64,000 nt of DNA, taken from Macrostomum hystrix (Eukaryota; Animalia; Platyhelminthes). The stretch lies in NCBI GenBank assembly GCA_950097015.1, contig CATNEN010000011.1:5828001-5892000 (forward strand), given 5' to 3'. Below the pieces are notes generated by a model that worked only from the letters and a program-made list of their open reading frames with translations, was not told the origin of the DNA and made no database searches. The position numbers and the translations under genes are program-made. Below are positions 12,749-24,005 of the stretch, in pieces (within the stretch, counting starts at the first letter, position 1; the number at the start of each line of letters is the position of its first letter).

Positions 12749-14464
12749 TCAGCTGGCTGCCTTATAGAGCAGACGTTTTGGCGCCTTGGAGTCTGACTGC
12801 AGGGCCATGAGCAGGTCGCGCAGTCCAATCCTGGTGAGCTTCGGCCGCTTCGCTGTCAGCCCGCTGCCAACACCGCCGACTCCACCAGATCCGCCGATGC
12901 CACCGGCTGAGCCGCCGCTGACAGAGCCGGAGCCGCCAGCGCCGAAGAAGGGGCGCTTCCGACTGCTGCCGAAGATGGCCAGAGCGGCAGTCTCGTTGGC
13001 CTTGTCCTGCTTATCCTGCTCGTATTCGGCCTCTTGCAGCTCCTTGGCCTTCTGCTTCAGCTTCTGCTGCTCCGGATCGTCCAGTTTGGCGCGCGATTTC
13101 GCCGCCCGTAGGAGCCGCTCTCGCTCCTCTTCGTCTTTGCGCTGCTTCTCCTGGGCGTCCAGGCCGGCGAGGAACTTCAGGCGCCTGGACGGGTCGTCGG
13201 TGCGGGCAAGGTAAGGGCAGGCGGCTGCCAGCGGCTCGGCCCGGTGCTCGGCAGCTGCCGCGGCGCGTTCAAGAATGCCCGTTAGGCGACGCTCGACAGC
13301 GGCGGAAACGAAGGCAACGGCGCTGTCTGAGAGGTCAACGAGACCGGCAGTTCGCGCGATGTTCAGCAGTCGTCGACGAAGGGAGCCAGAGCCGAACAGC
13401 ACGCCTTGCTCCGGGCACTGACGAACTGCTGACGTCACTGCTGAAGACACGGAGGCAACTGCTGATGCAGGGACGGAAGCGGCTGACGCAGCCAGGGACG
13501 ATGAGGCTGATGACGCTGTGTCCTTCTCGGAACGAATATTGACACCGCCCAAAGCTTTGACGTCATTAAAATCGTCTTCGCGTTGCAGCGATGCCTGCCC
13601 CGACGCAGGCGCAGATGTTGGCGTTGCTGACGCAATCGTTGTTGGCGCTGAAGAATTCGCCGAAACAATGGTTGTTGCCGAGACAGCCGGGGAGGTAATA
13701 ACAGAAGGCGGTAGGAGAGTGCGGACCATGGGTAATGCGGTAGGCTGCTTCTGGATCTGCACCGGAGCTGGCTGAGTCAGCTGGGCTGGCCTGTGGACAG
13801 CTAAAGTTGGCTGCTGCTGCTGAACAGAGTCAATTCTGACCAGCCCTTGGCGATAGGCCCGCCTATAATTAGGCAGATGATTGTTTAAGAAGCCTAGCAA
13901 CTGCTCCGAGTTAGTGCTGGATCCTAGCGCCTCTTTCAGCTGGTCAACAAACTCTGGCACAGGTAGTCGCTCTTCCACAACGTCTCGAATCAACTGGGAC
14001 ACCCGCTGTGGCCTGCTTTCATCCTCGCAGTTCTCTCTTGATAGGCGCTGGAGTACGTTTAGAAAATTCGAACACTTGGCTATGCTCTCATTGCTACCCA
14101 AATTGACGTTGGAAGCAACTGGGATGCCGGTACTGGCTACACCGCTGACAGTAACGTGAGACACAGGAGGCCTTTGCTGAATAGGCTGCTGCGGCTGGTG
14201 GATGGGTCCAGCCGGCCTAGCAATGATCTGCGGCCCCGCGTTGCCGTGTACAAATACATACTGCGGCATGCCCGGATGCCTGAGCATAATATTTGGCCCA
14301 ACTGTGAATTGCTGGCCTCCAGCCATGCGAATCACTGAGCCGCCGCTGGCCGCCGCAGCTGAGCCATCCGCCGGCCTGACTGGCTGCGGCGGCAGCTGCG
14401 GCGCCATTTGGACTAATCTGAGCTGGGCTCCGTTTGGCGCTTGAAAAGCCCGACTGTCGCCCAT
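12749..14464 (-). CDS. TAF4: TFIID subunit 4 (TAF4-like), 571 aa, single exon
   Basis: TAFH/NHR1-like segment KCSNFLNVLQRLS...FVDQLKEAL, histone-fold segment LRRRLLNIARTAGLVDLSDSAVAFVSAAVERRL, the characteristic RERLLRAAKSR...DPEQQKLKQKAKELQ and a C-terminal LLYKA. An in-frame stop lies upstream of the ATG, so an extra 5' exon cannot be excluded. Confidence 0.93.
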   Translation of the reverse strand: MGDSRAFQAPNGAQLRLVQMAPQLPPQPVRPADGSAAAASGGSVIRMAGGQQFTVGPNIMLRHPGMPQYVFVHGNAGPQIIARPAGPIHQPQQPIQQRPPVSHVTVSGVASTGIPVASNVNLGSNESIAKCSNFLNVLQRLSRENCEDESRPQRVSQLIRDVVEERLPVPEFVDQLKEALGSSTNSEQLLGFLNNHLPNYRRAYRQGLVRIDSVQQQQPTLAVHRPAQLTQPAPVQIQKQPTALPMVRTLLPPSVITSPAVSATTIVSANSSAPTTIASATPTSAPASGQASLQREDDFNDVKALGGVNIRSEKDTASSASSSLAASAASVPASAVASVSSAVTSAVRQCPEQGVLFGSGSLRRRLLNIARTAGLVDLSDSAVAFVSAAVERRLTGILERAAAAAEHRAEPLAAACPYLARTDDPSRRLKFLAGLDAQEKQRKDEEERERLLRAAKSRAKLDDPEQQKLKQKAKELQEAEYEQDKQDKANETAALAIFGSSRKRPFFGAGGSGSVSGGSAGGIGGSGGVGGVGSGLTAKRPKLTRIGLRDLLMALQSDSKAPKRLLYKAAS

Positions 14465-15884
14465 TTGCTGCTGCTGCTGGGTTGCTCTTGGCTGTCTGTT
14501 GCCAAGTACTTAATTGATTGTTGCTGTTTTGTTGAAACATATGAGACAGTATGTTTGTAATTTATGGTTTTTATGATAGATACCAAATTCACTTGACTAA
14601 TCTAAAAATTGACATTAAAAAATTGAAAAAATAACTACACTACTACAAGTAATATGCATACTAATTGATGTCTATTCGGTTCAAGCTCAGAGTTATCATG
14701 GAAATATATCACAACTTCAGGTTTTCAATATAAAAATCCAAATGCATGTAAATAAGTGATATCTCAAGTCTCAACTGATGACTGAATGACAGATATAGTT
14801 GAAATATGACAATAAAAAAGTAAAACTTTTGAAACAATTAATTCATATATTTAAATATAAACAGCAGTATTACACATACATATTCGATGTGTAATTTTAT
14901 GGTAAATGGCTTTTTAACCAATACATTGTCATAAACCAATAGTGCCATGGGTTTGCTTCCAAGCAGTGGAAGGGCTACTCAAAGGGCATTTAGATAGTGA
15001 TTCTATAATAAGCTATTGTACACATGCTTAAATGTTTAATTCCATAGAATAAATTTATCATCATGTGATTGAAATAATTTGCAAAAAGTCCTTTAAGCAA
15101 AACTAGAAATGATACAGGGCATGGGACACAATTATAATCAATATTTAGGTGGTGTTTTAAGATTTTGGGATTGACAATTGAAATTTGTAGACCAAGTCTA
15201 AAATAAAGATTTAATTAAGCTTACACACAATGTCTACAACCACAAATATCAGAATTTGGATTAAAAATTTGGCTCCAACCCCATGTATTATATTATCGTG
15301 ATCCTAAACAACTAGTTATTTTCAAATCAGAATACAAGATCTAGAAATATACAACCTGTTTTAAGATCACAGACAGTTAGTTAGGCCTATTTGATATATA
15401 GCCAAAGGACCTGTTTAATTTTTAATGCATACTTATTATCTTGTGCAATCTACTTTGTGCAACAACTTGTAGATGCTAACTACTTTGCATTTTTGGTCTG
15501 ATGACTAGAACAAAGTTAACAAGAAAGTTGATTTTAAGTAACCAAATTGCTTTAATTACTCCTCATAGTAGGTGGTAGGCCTAATATAATGCCTGATCCA
15601 ATCCACCAATGAATCAAAACATTTTTGGTTCATAACATACCATAGGAACTTCTAATGGTGAACTTTTTAAAAGTGCAATGCATGGCCCTGAATTGACACT
15701 TCCATGTGTCAATATAAATTATGCAGTTTTTGTATGAAAATTATATACTAGCCTAAGGATTAACGAACAAAATATGGATATCTCAATGTGCCAACTAAAT
15801 TCCTGATTGGTTAGATGTATTTTTTCTTACATTCTATGTGTACTTATCATACATGCACAACCTCCCAAATCTTAGCCAGCCAGG

Positions 15885-16715
15885 CAACTTAGTTTTTGCT
15901 CTATTTACGACTTAGTTTGCTCTCATTTGCAACTTAGTTTGTTTCATTGCTCTATTTACGACTTAGTTTGCTCTCTTTTTCTCTCCCCTTTTTCCTTTTC
16001 TTCACACCTTCCTTTTTTGTCCCTTGGTCCCCCCTTTGATTTTTTTGCACTTGGTCAATTGGTTTTTGCGACTTACATTGCTTGGCCCTCGTTTCACCTG
16101 GCCGGTTCGGCCGGGTGTTGCGCATGTATGGTACTTATGTACATAAATAATGTATATATTTAAACCATACTATATATAGCAATGCAAATTTTAAGTACTT
16201 AAAAGATATAGACCAAATGTAGTTTTCATAGCAAATATATATTAATATTTACTACTTTGATTGCTATAACCAGGCCAGACGAAGTTTAAAAAAAAATATT
16301 TTTAGGTTGAATTGGACACTCAAATAGCTATGTTGAGATATACCTAAGCTTAGAAGTGAGATATACATAGCTATCCAATGCTTTATAGCTAGATTGGCCA
16401 CTACTATATTTTTGTTTAACATATAGGAAATGACCTGGCCAACCCAGTAGACTCAAATTGGCTGGGGCAATTGAGGACCAAGTAAAGTAAGTCAACTGAA
16501 AATCAACTGAAAAAAGGCAAAAAATTAAAGGGGGACAAAGGGACAAAGAGGGGAAAGAAGAAAGCACAGAGAAAAGAAAAAAAACAGAGAGAATTGGAAG
16601 AGAATTGAGAAGAAAGAAGGAAACTAAGACATGTGAAATTTTGAATAAAGAAATGTATTTGAAGTTGTAAAAAGCAAAGAAATAAACGAAGTTGCAGATG
16701 AGCGACAACTAAGTT
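15885..16715. repeat. Degenerate long inverted repeat (foldback/MITE-like) with an internal GC hairpin
   Basis: 15910-15940 matches the reverse complement of 16684-16714 at 26/31. 16016-16037 matches the reverse complement of 16527-16547 with one mismatch and one indel. A 10-bp hairpin CACCTGGCCG-GTT-CGGCCGGGTG lies at 16095-16117. Confidence 0.55.
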
Positions 16716-17977
16716 GTAGTTGAGGAGAGAAGGCAAAATAAAGTGGCAGATGAGGATGTTAAGGGAAAACTAAGTCATAGATAAGGGAAAACAAAAGTGG
16801 CAGATGTAAGAATTGTCTGTAGTCCTTCAAGGAGGGCAAACTAACTACAATATTTATTTCATCTTTCCAAAATGGTTTGTTTGATGCCAATTGATGGGTT
16901 TATTGACAACAAAAATTTTACTAAATTTCTTTGCTCTAACTCACATATCCCTGTCTTCAGTTTTTCTTTTCTTCTTCTCTCTTTACTTTTTCTTTCTCTT
17001 CTACTCTCTGCTATTTTTCTCTCTTCCCCCCTATGATTTTTCTCTGCTTCTCTCTTGAGAAAAAAACAAAGTTTTAGTTAAGGGAAAAAAAGCTTGCAAA
17101 TTAGAGAAAGCAAAGTTGATAAGACAGATCTATTTATAAGTCATGAATTAGAATTAAAAAATGAGCCAAAAAGTTTGTTAACTTCCCAAAAAAGCAAACT
17201 GTTCTTTATTCTCTTTAGCAGACTTTGCTTGAAGGTATTAATTTTAACAAACAAAGGAATAATTTTTTTCATATGCATTGATTTCATATTATTGTTTAAT
17301 CAGATCTCACATCAATGTAGTCTATAGCTTTGACATACATATAACATAGCAGTCATACTATTGTAATAATCTGATTGCACTTTTCCTAAACCTCAAAGTG
17401 TGGCTTTGTGATAATTGTGCAGCATAAAGACCCTTGCATTTTTACAAGATGAAATCTTCCATAGTCTGATGATGAATCTGTTTCTGATTGGAAACAGTTA
17501 AAATTGCTAATAAACTAGTAACTAGTGGACTAAGTCATAATTTAGATTTGCAGCAGTGATTTTTTTTTGTTTCACATTTCTGTTTTCTATAGAAAACCCC
17601 ATCACAAAGTAGGCCTATTCACAAATTTGCATTAGCAATTAAAAGTGTATTTAAGCCTATCAAAATAATATGCTTCCACAATCCATGTCACATTTATAGG
17701 TTCAAAACAAAGTTGTACAGCTGGCTGAGATGCAACCTGGCGGAGGTTGCATATGCATGTTTTGGTTAATTAATATTTTTTATTAAAACACAAATTTACA
17801 AGTTATCTATTATATGTGACTTATTACCTTATGTTAAACTGCATGTTTATTTAGATTCTAAATTTGGGCATTGGTGTATATTTGTTTAAATAGCCAAATC
17901 AGAGTTTAGTTGGCAGTTTCAAATTCAGTCACATTTCAAGGCAGTTTAATGCACGATCAGACTGGTGACAAGTCAAA

Positions 17978-18904
17978 ATGGCTGGAATCAACAACGCCAT
18001 CGGTCTACTAGCCAAAGAACTTTGAAACAGATTGGAATTAGGACCACTAAGACATGTAAAAATACAGAAATTCACACCCAGCCAAGACATAAGGATCTGG
18101 CTGACAGCTTTCGACCAAAGGTGTGACACGGAAGGAATCGATGAGGACCACCGAAAGCAAGAGTTACTGGTCAATCTAGACCTATCAACTGCTTTTGCCG
18201 CCGTCCAAAGACTGAACCTACCGGAAGAACTCACTTATGACGAGTTTAAGGAAAGTTTAATTGAGAGATTTGGAAGACTGGGTAACTCCAGCGAATTCAG
18301 GGAAGAGTTCAGAGGTCGGATGCAAGGTCGTAATGAACCTACCGACGCATTTGCAGACATCCTGATTGAACTTGCAACCCGAGCCTTTCCGAACATCAAT
18401 GGTGAACAGAGAGAAGAGGAGGTAGTGGAGCAACTTATCAAGGGAGTCAGAATTCCAGCGGACACCCGTGAAAAGCTGATATTTGCCCAGCCCGCCAACC
18501 TCCAGGAAGCTCGTCGTATGCTGCGCAGGATCGAAGCAGCCTGGCATATGTCTCACAAATCAAGCGGTGTCTGAGCTGTTAAGAGTGAGGAGGATCGCCA
18601 GCTTGATAAATTTGATCTCATCATGAGAGAACAACAAATCGAGATTGAGAGACAAAAGCAGGTTATTCAAGAGCTGAAACAGCGGATTGAAGAACAACAA
18701 CAGTCACAGCCACAACCGCTGATAAGCCAGCAATTTCAGCCCAGATATCCTGGAAACTCACAGTACCGACCCATGCAGGGACCGCATAACTATGCCAACA
18801 GCAGGGGCAGAGGTGGTGGTCAGCCTGGGCCAATGAGAGCTGGACATCAGTACAGTGTGAGTCGTCCACCCCAGTCCCACCGGAACCCGGCCTCGGGAAA
18901 CTGA
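17978..18904 (+). pseudogene. gag: gag (capsid-like domain plus coiled-coil and Gln/Gly-rich tail) with two in-frame TGA stops
   Basis: ATG at 17978 is in frame with ORFs 18032-18574 and 18623-18904. TGA at 18023-18025 and 18572-18574 interrupt one frame. Gag-like motifs include WLTAFDQRC, YDEFKESLIERF and FRGRMQGRNE. Confidence 0.75.
18895..18904 (+). promoter_or_regulatory. -1 ribosomal frameshift slippery heptamer GGGAAAC followed by the gag stop
   Basis: G GGA AAC TGA (Ser-Gly-Asn-stop). The pol ORF starting at 18913 is in the -1 frame and is open across the site. Confidence 0.75.
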
Positions 18905-19071
18905 GTGCCAAGGTGCGGATGAGGCCACGCCCCTCCAGTCAAGTCCCAGCAAACGTTCAGGCCTCCCAGTTTCGAATTCCGTCCCAGTACAAGTTTTGCT
19001 ATCCTCGCAAAACGGTACCTGTCTGGAAGGCATGTAAAAACAATGCGATCACACATCATGTGATTCCAACA

Positions 19072-19335
19072 TCACCAAATGCGTTTGCGTTACTAGCACC
19101 CAATGCGTCAGCACCCAATGTGTCAGCACCCAATGCGGCAGCACCCAATGTGTCAGCACCCAATGCGTCAGTACCCAATGTGTCAGCACCCAATGCGTCA
19201 GCACCCAATGCATTAGCACCCAATGCGTCAGCACCCAATGCGTCAGTACCCAATGCATCAGCACCCAATGCGTCAGCACCCAATGCGTCAGCACCCAATG
19301 CGTCAGCATCCATTTCCTCAGCTCCCAATGCATGT
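19072..19335 (+). repeat. In-frame 15-bp repeat (GCACCCAATGCGTCA)n encoding (APNAS)n upstream of the protease
   Basis: About 16-17 units read directly inside pol. Confidence 0.9.
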
Positions 19336-22300
19336 GATTTTTCCAAAATTGAGAGAAAATCCTGCAAAGCAAAAATGGCGATAAAGAAATTTGCCCCCAC
19401 AGCCAAAGTGGAGCTGACCAAGCTGAATGGCTATGAAGCAGTTATCACTGGAAGTGTCAAGAACCAGTCCGTAGACTTCCTACTAGACACTGGAGCTAGG
19501 AACAACTTCCTTAGCAAATCGACATGGTCAAAAATTTTCAAACCAGACCAAGTTCAAGAGACCAACAAGAGAGTATCCACATTTGATGGTACTCAGGTAC
19601 AACTAGAAGGAGAAGTAACAGCTAAAATGAGATGTGGCGACATCGAGTTGGAAGTGGAATTCTTGCTTTGTCAGCATGACTGTGACGACATTTTGGGAAT
19701 GGAGTTCTTTCTTAGTCACTGTGAAAGCATCCACCTTGCTAAGGGCATGTTGGTACTGAAGAGAGGTACCTGTGTTCCTATGAAGTATACTCGCCTGCCA
19801 GTTCGAGTTTGCCGGGTATATACCCAAGAGAGAGTTGTAATTCTGGCTAATAGTGCACTCAGAATTCCAGTGAAACTCGCCAGAAACAGTGAAGCCAACT
19901 ATGGCACTCCTATGACCATCGAGACTATTGGAGATGGAGTGAGAACTAAAGAAGTAACTCTGGAAATGGCACCGACTCTGGTCACGATGCAAGAAGGAGT
20001 TGGAATCATTGAGATCGTGAATCAACATGCAGTCGATGTCACCCTGTCGAAGTCAGCACTAGTAGGATTGGCGAAACCCATGAAAGTGCAAGAACTTACC
20101 TATTGGCAGCAGTCCATAGAGGCAGAAAGTCGACCTACCGGACGTGTGAATCAGACTCTGACAACAGAGGACGAGTGGATCAACGAAATAAACATTGGCC
20201 CTGAATTGGATGAAGAACAGCGGAAAGCTGTGATTGAATTAATAAAAGAACACAGAGAAGCATTTTCACAGGATGACTTGGACAAACCTTGGGTTTGACT
20301 AATCTTGTTACCCATGAGATTTTACTTAATGATAAGACGCCAGTAAGAATCCCAACTCGTCGGATTCCTCCCCATCTGCAAAAGCAAGTAGACGCGCAAT
20401 TAGACGACATGTTAGCAAAAAACTTAATTAGGCCGTGTTATTCACCATATTCAACACCTTTAGTGATTGTACCAAAGAAGGATGGGACAATTAGAATCGT
20501 GAGTGACTTCCGAGTGCTCAATTCTCGAGTCAACTACGTGCCATATCCGTTGCCAAACATTCAGGAAACATTCTCACATCTAACAGGCAGTGAGTATTTC
20601 AGCAGCCTGGATCTAAACTCAGGATATTGGCAGGTGCCAATCAAAGAAGAACATAAGCACATGACAGCATTTTCAATGCTAAACAGAGGACAATTTGAGT
20701 ACGAAGTAATGGCGCAAGGACTATCGAATGCCCCAGGGACATTTCAAAGGCTAATGAATTTAGTACTGTTAGGAATTCAACACAAGTTCGCCATGTCTTA
20801 TGAAGAACAGTTTGAAGAACACCTAGAACATCTGAAAGAAGTATTCAAAAGATTAATTACAGCAGGATTGAAACTGAGGGCAAAGAAGTGCAACTTATTT
20901 CACCATGAGTTAAAGTACTTAGGGCACGTCATCGGAAGAAATGGCCTTCGTACTGATGAGGCCAAGATAGAAGCAATTAGAACATGGCCGAAGCCCAAAG
21001 ATGTGAAAGAACTGCGTAGCTTTCTTGGTCTATGCAACTACTATTGCCGCTTTGTAAAGAATTACGCTGAAGCAGCTCATCCACTTTTCCAGCTGACCCG
21101 GAAGGGTGTCCAGCAGTTCCAGTCTAAATGGAATGAAGTGCATGACCGAGCTTTTGAGTCTCTGAAACAACGAATGATGTCCACAGAAGTCCTAGCATAC
21201 CCTGAATTTGTCGACTATGAAAAAGTAAGAATGGTCTTAGACACTGATGCCAGCGATGGACGCATTAGAGCCTGCCTTGGCCAAATCCAATCAGACGGCA
21301 TAGAAAGACCAATTGCTTATTTCAGCCGTGCGATGAAAGAGTCAGAGAAACGTTACCCCATTACCCGGAAAGAACTGTTAGCCCTTGTCGATGCAATGAA
21401 GCACTTCAGGTTTTACCTGATTGGAAAACGATTTTTGGCCCGAACAGACCATAAAGCGATCCTTTGGCTATTGAAACAGACGGAAGCAACAGGGATTCTT
21501 GGTTGTTGGGTGGAGCGCCTAAGTGAATTCCAGTTCGATCTTGAACATAGAAGCGGCGCAAAGCACTCCAACGCGGACAGTCTGTCCAGAAGACCAGCTG
21601 AAACTGTGGAAGTAGGCCAAGAGGAGAATCAAGGAGAAACCCCAGCTACAACCCCACCGACAGTCGAGAAAGATAACCCGGCCCAAGCTGTCAAGAGTGA
21701 AAGTGTGGAACAGCCTAGCAAAGATGGAGAGACCCAGACTCCGCATCCCATTGCAAGGATCGAGTCAATTGTCTCCGGTAATGAAGGTGAAATGAGCAAT
21801 CAGGAGGCCTCGAATGACTCATGTGTACTACAGCCGAGTCTGCCAAATGATCAATCAAATCATAAATCAGCCACACCTAACTCAGAGAATTTCAAATGTG
21901 AAGCCCTACTGACCAATTTTCTACCCATTCCCCTGAAGCGAGAACAGATTCTGGAAGCCCAAGGAGCTGACCCAGTAATCTCAAAGCTGATTGAGTGGAA
22001 GACTGAAGGTCTGACACACCTACCCATCACACGTAATGTGTCCCCCGAGTTAAAGAAAATGAGTAAGAAATTTGACGCCATGAAGATTGACCGCGACATA
22101 TTGCTCATCGAAGAAGATGAAAAATGGAAAGTAGTGTTGCCATCATCACTGGACAAACAAGTACTAAGCGATCTACACAGCAGCCCCTTAGCTGGACATC
22201 TCGGAAGAGATAAGACAACCCAGAGAGTCCGTGAAAGATTCTGGAGACCAGGCTTGAGTACTGCTGTCGAAAAGTACATTGCTGAATGCATTCCGTGTCT

Positions 22301-23875
22301 GGAAAGCAAAACCAGCAATTACATCCAGGCACCGATTCAATCTTTTCCCATCAGCGAGCCCTTCTATCGCTGCCATGTAGACATTATCGGTCCTTTATCA
22401 AAAGAAAGTAAAAGAGGACATAAGTATGTACTGACTGTGGTAGACAGTACAACACGTTACCCCTTTGCTTTTCTGATCAGGAATCAGAAATCGGACACCG
22501 TAATCAAAATATTGCAAGAACGAATATTCTCCGAGTATGGCCAATGCCATTGGATACATACTGATAACGGAAAGACTTTTACCAGCAAACAATTCAAGGC
22601 ATTCTGCAACCTTTACAACTTGAAACACACATGCACCACGCCGTATCATGCGCAGAGCAATGGTCTTGTAGAAAGGTTTAATAAGCAGATCAAGTCCATT
22701 ATTACTTGTTTGATCAAGAAAGATCACAGTAACTGGGATTTGATGATTCCTGCCGCCCTAGTTGCTGTCTGCACTAGTGTCAACAAAACAACTGGTTTTA
22801 CACCCCACTTCCTGTTGTTTGGCAGAGAAGCTGTAATGCCGTTAGACAGCCAAATCAAAGAAGCAGTCGAACATGCCGATTATCCATCGTACATCGCCAA
22901 ACATGCTGAAAGGTTAGTCGAAGCTCAGGAGATTGTGAAAAGAAAACTAGAGGGAGTAGTCAGCAAAAGGCAGATAGCAGCAGAAATTAACAAACCACCG
23001 AAAGAAGTTCCCATCGGATGCCTAGTGTTAATTAATAACCCACAACTGAACATTGAAGAATCACACAAGTTTCATCGGAAGAAAAGATCCGCCTTTCGAG
23101 TGCTCAACAAGATTTCAGAGGTAGTTTTTTGAGTGCAGAAAGAAGAGAATGGAATTCGTAGTGGCAACGTAATGTTAGTCCACCGAGACAATTTAATGCC
23201 CATTCCTAATTCAACCACAGATGTAACAAATAAGGGAAGCCAGGAGGGCCCCTCAGCCAGCAAGAAAGGACAGAAAATTAAGGGAAGCCACCCCAGAGCA
23301 CAGAAACAAATAATTTGCATTGAGTCGGAAGAGTCATCATCGGAGGATGAAATTAATTGGCATTGCGATATCCGCAGCAAAGCCACAGAAGAAATAAATG
23401 AAGAAACAGAGGAATCTGCGATTGAAGAAGAATCTGAAGAGACGGACAATGAAGAAGAGCTTATTAACGAAGAAGACATCGAAGTTGGAGCTGAAATAGA
23501 AGTAGGAGAAGAATTATCTAGTGAAATTGAGCCGGCAGTAATTGCAGAGGCTGAGTCAGACAATGCCGAGATTGAAAGAGAGGGCGGAATAATCGATAAG
23601 GAGCCAACACACACAGAACAAGAAAGAGAGGCTGCCCACCCCACTCAACGATATAATTTATGACAACAACCAAGGGGTACGGCACAGTGTGGTTGTCACC
23701 TAAAGAGGTTATTGTCCACTCTCACCTTCCTAGGGAGCATTAAAATCTAAGCCAAAGGAAAGATAGGGTCAGTGTACATGAGGGGGGAGAAAAGAGAAGG
23801 GGTTGGTGCGACCAATGGAAGGCCTGGAGGCTACGAAAGGAAGGAAACTATTATGTAACCCCCTCTTCAGAAGTC

Positions 23876-23883
23876 TATATAAA
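23876..23883 (+). promoter_or_regulatory. Candidate TATA box (TATATAAA) upstream of hairpin cluster A and the extra ORF
   Basis: Motif match only, 118 bp upstream of ATG 24001. Confidence 0.3.
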
Positions 23884-23916
23884 CAGAGCCCCTGTGGCAT
23901 AAAGAAGTCAATTGTT

Positions 23917-24005
23917 TTCTCGTATTGAGAATTCCTCAAGCTCCTCAATTCGTATTGAATTTTGAAGCGACCAGCAAATCACATCAATCTCGTACTGAGA
24001 ATGAT
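23917..24005 (+). other. Cluster A: three stem-loops with GTAYT loops
   Basis: TTCTC-GTATT-GAGAA (23917-23931), AATTC-GTATT-GAATT (23947-23961) and ATCAATCTC-GTACT-GAGAATGAT (23983-24005, one mismatch). Confidence 0.8.

Larger units (their letters stand above)
18895..23663 (+). pseudogene. pol: pol polyprotein (PR-RT-RNase H-IN plus acidic tail), inactivated
   Basis: ORFs 18913-20298, 20289-23132 and 23133-23663. An 11-bp insertion at 20282-20292 causes a frameshift, the RT YxDD motif is missing at about 20799-20810, and there is an in-frame TGA at 23130-23132. Confidence 0.9.

Noticed and set aside
12786-14444. Plus-strand ORFs antisense to TAF4, and similar shadows over pol, the hnRNP U-like genes and TBC exons
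   Set aside because: These are expected antisense shadows of GC-rich coding sequence.
17861-17880. Similarity of ATTTGGGCATTGGTGTATA to 25768-25787 as a diverged LTR pair
   Set aside because: The match is short, AT-rich and does not extend.
23855-23910. TGTAAC...TATATAAA as the start of a 3' LTR
   Set aside because: There is no matching copy upstream of gag, the purine tract is not adjacent, and an ORF follows.
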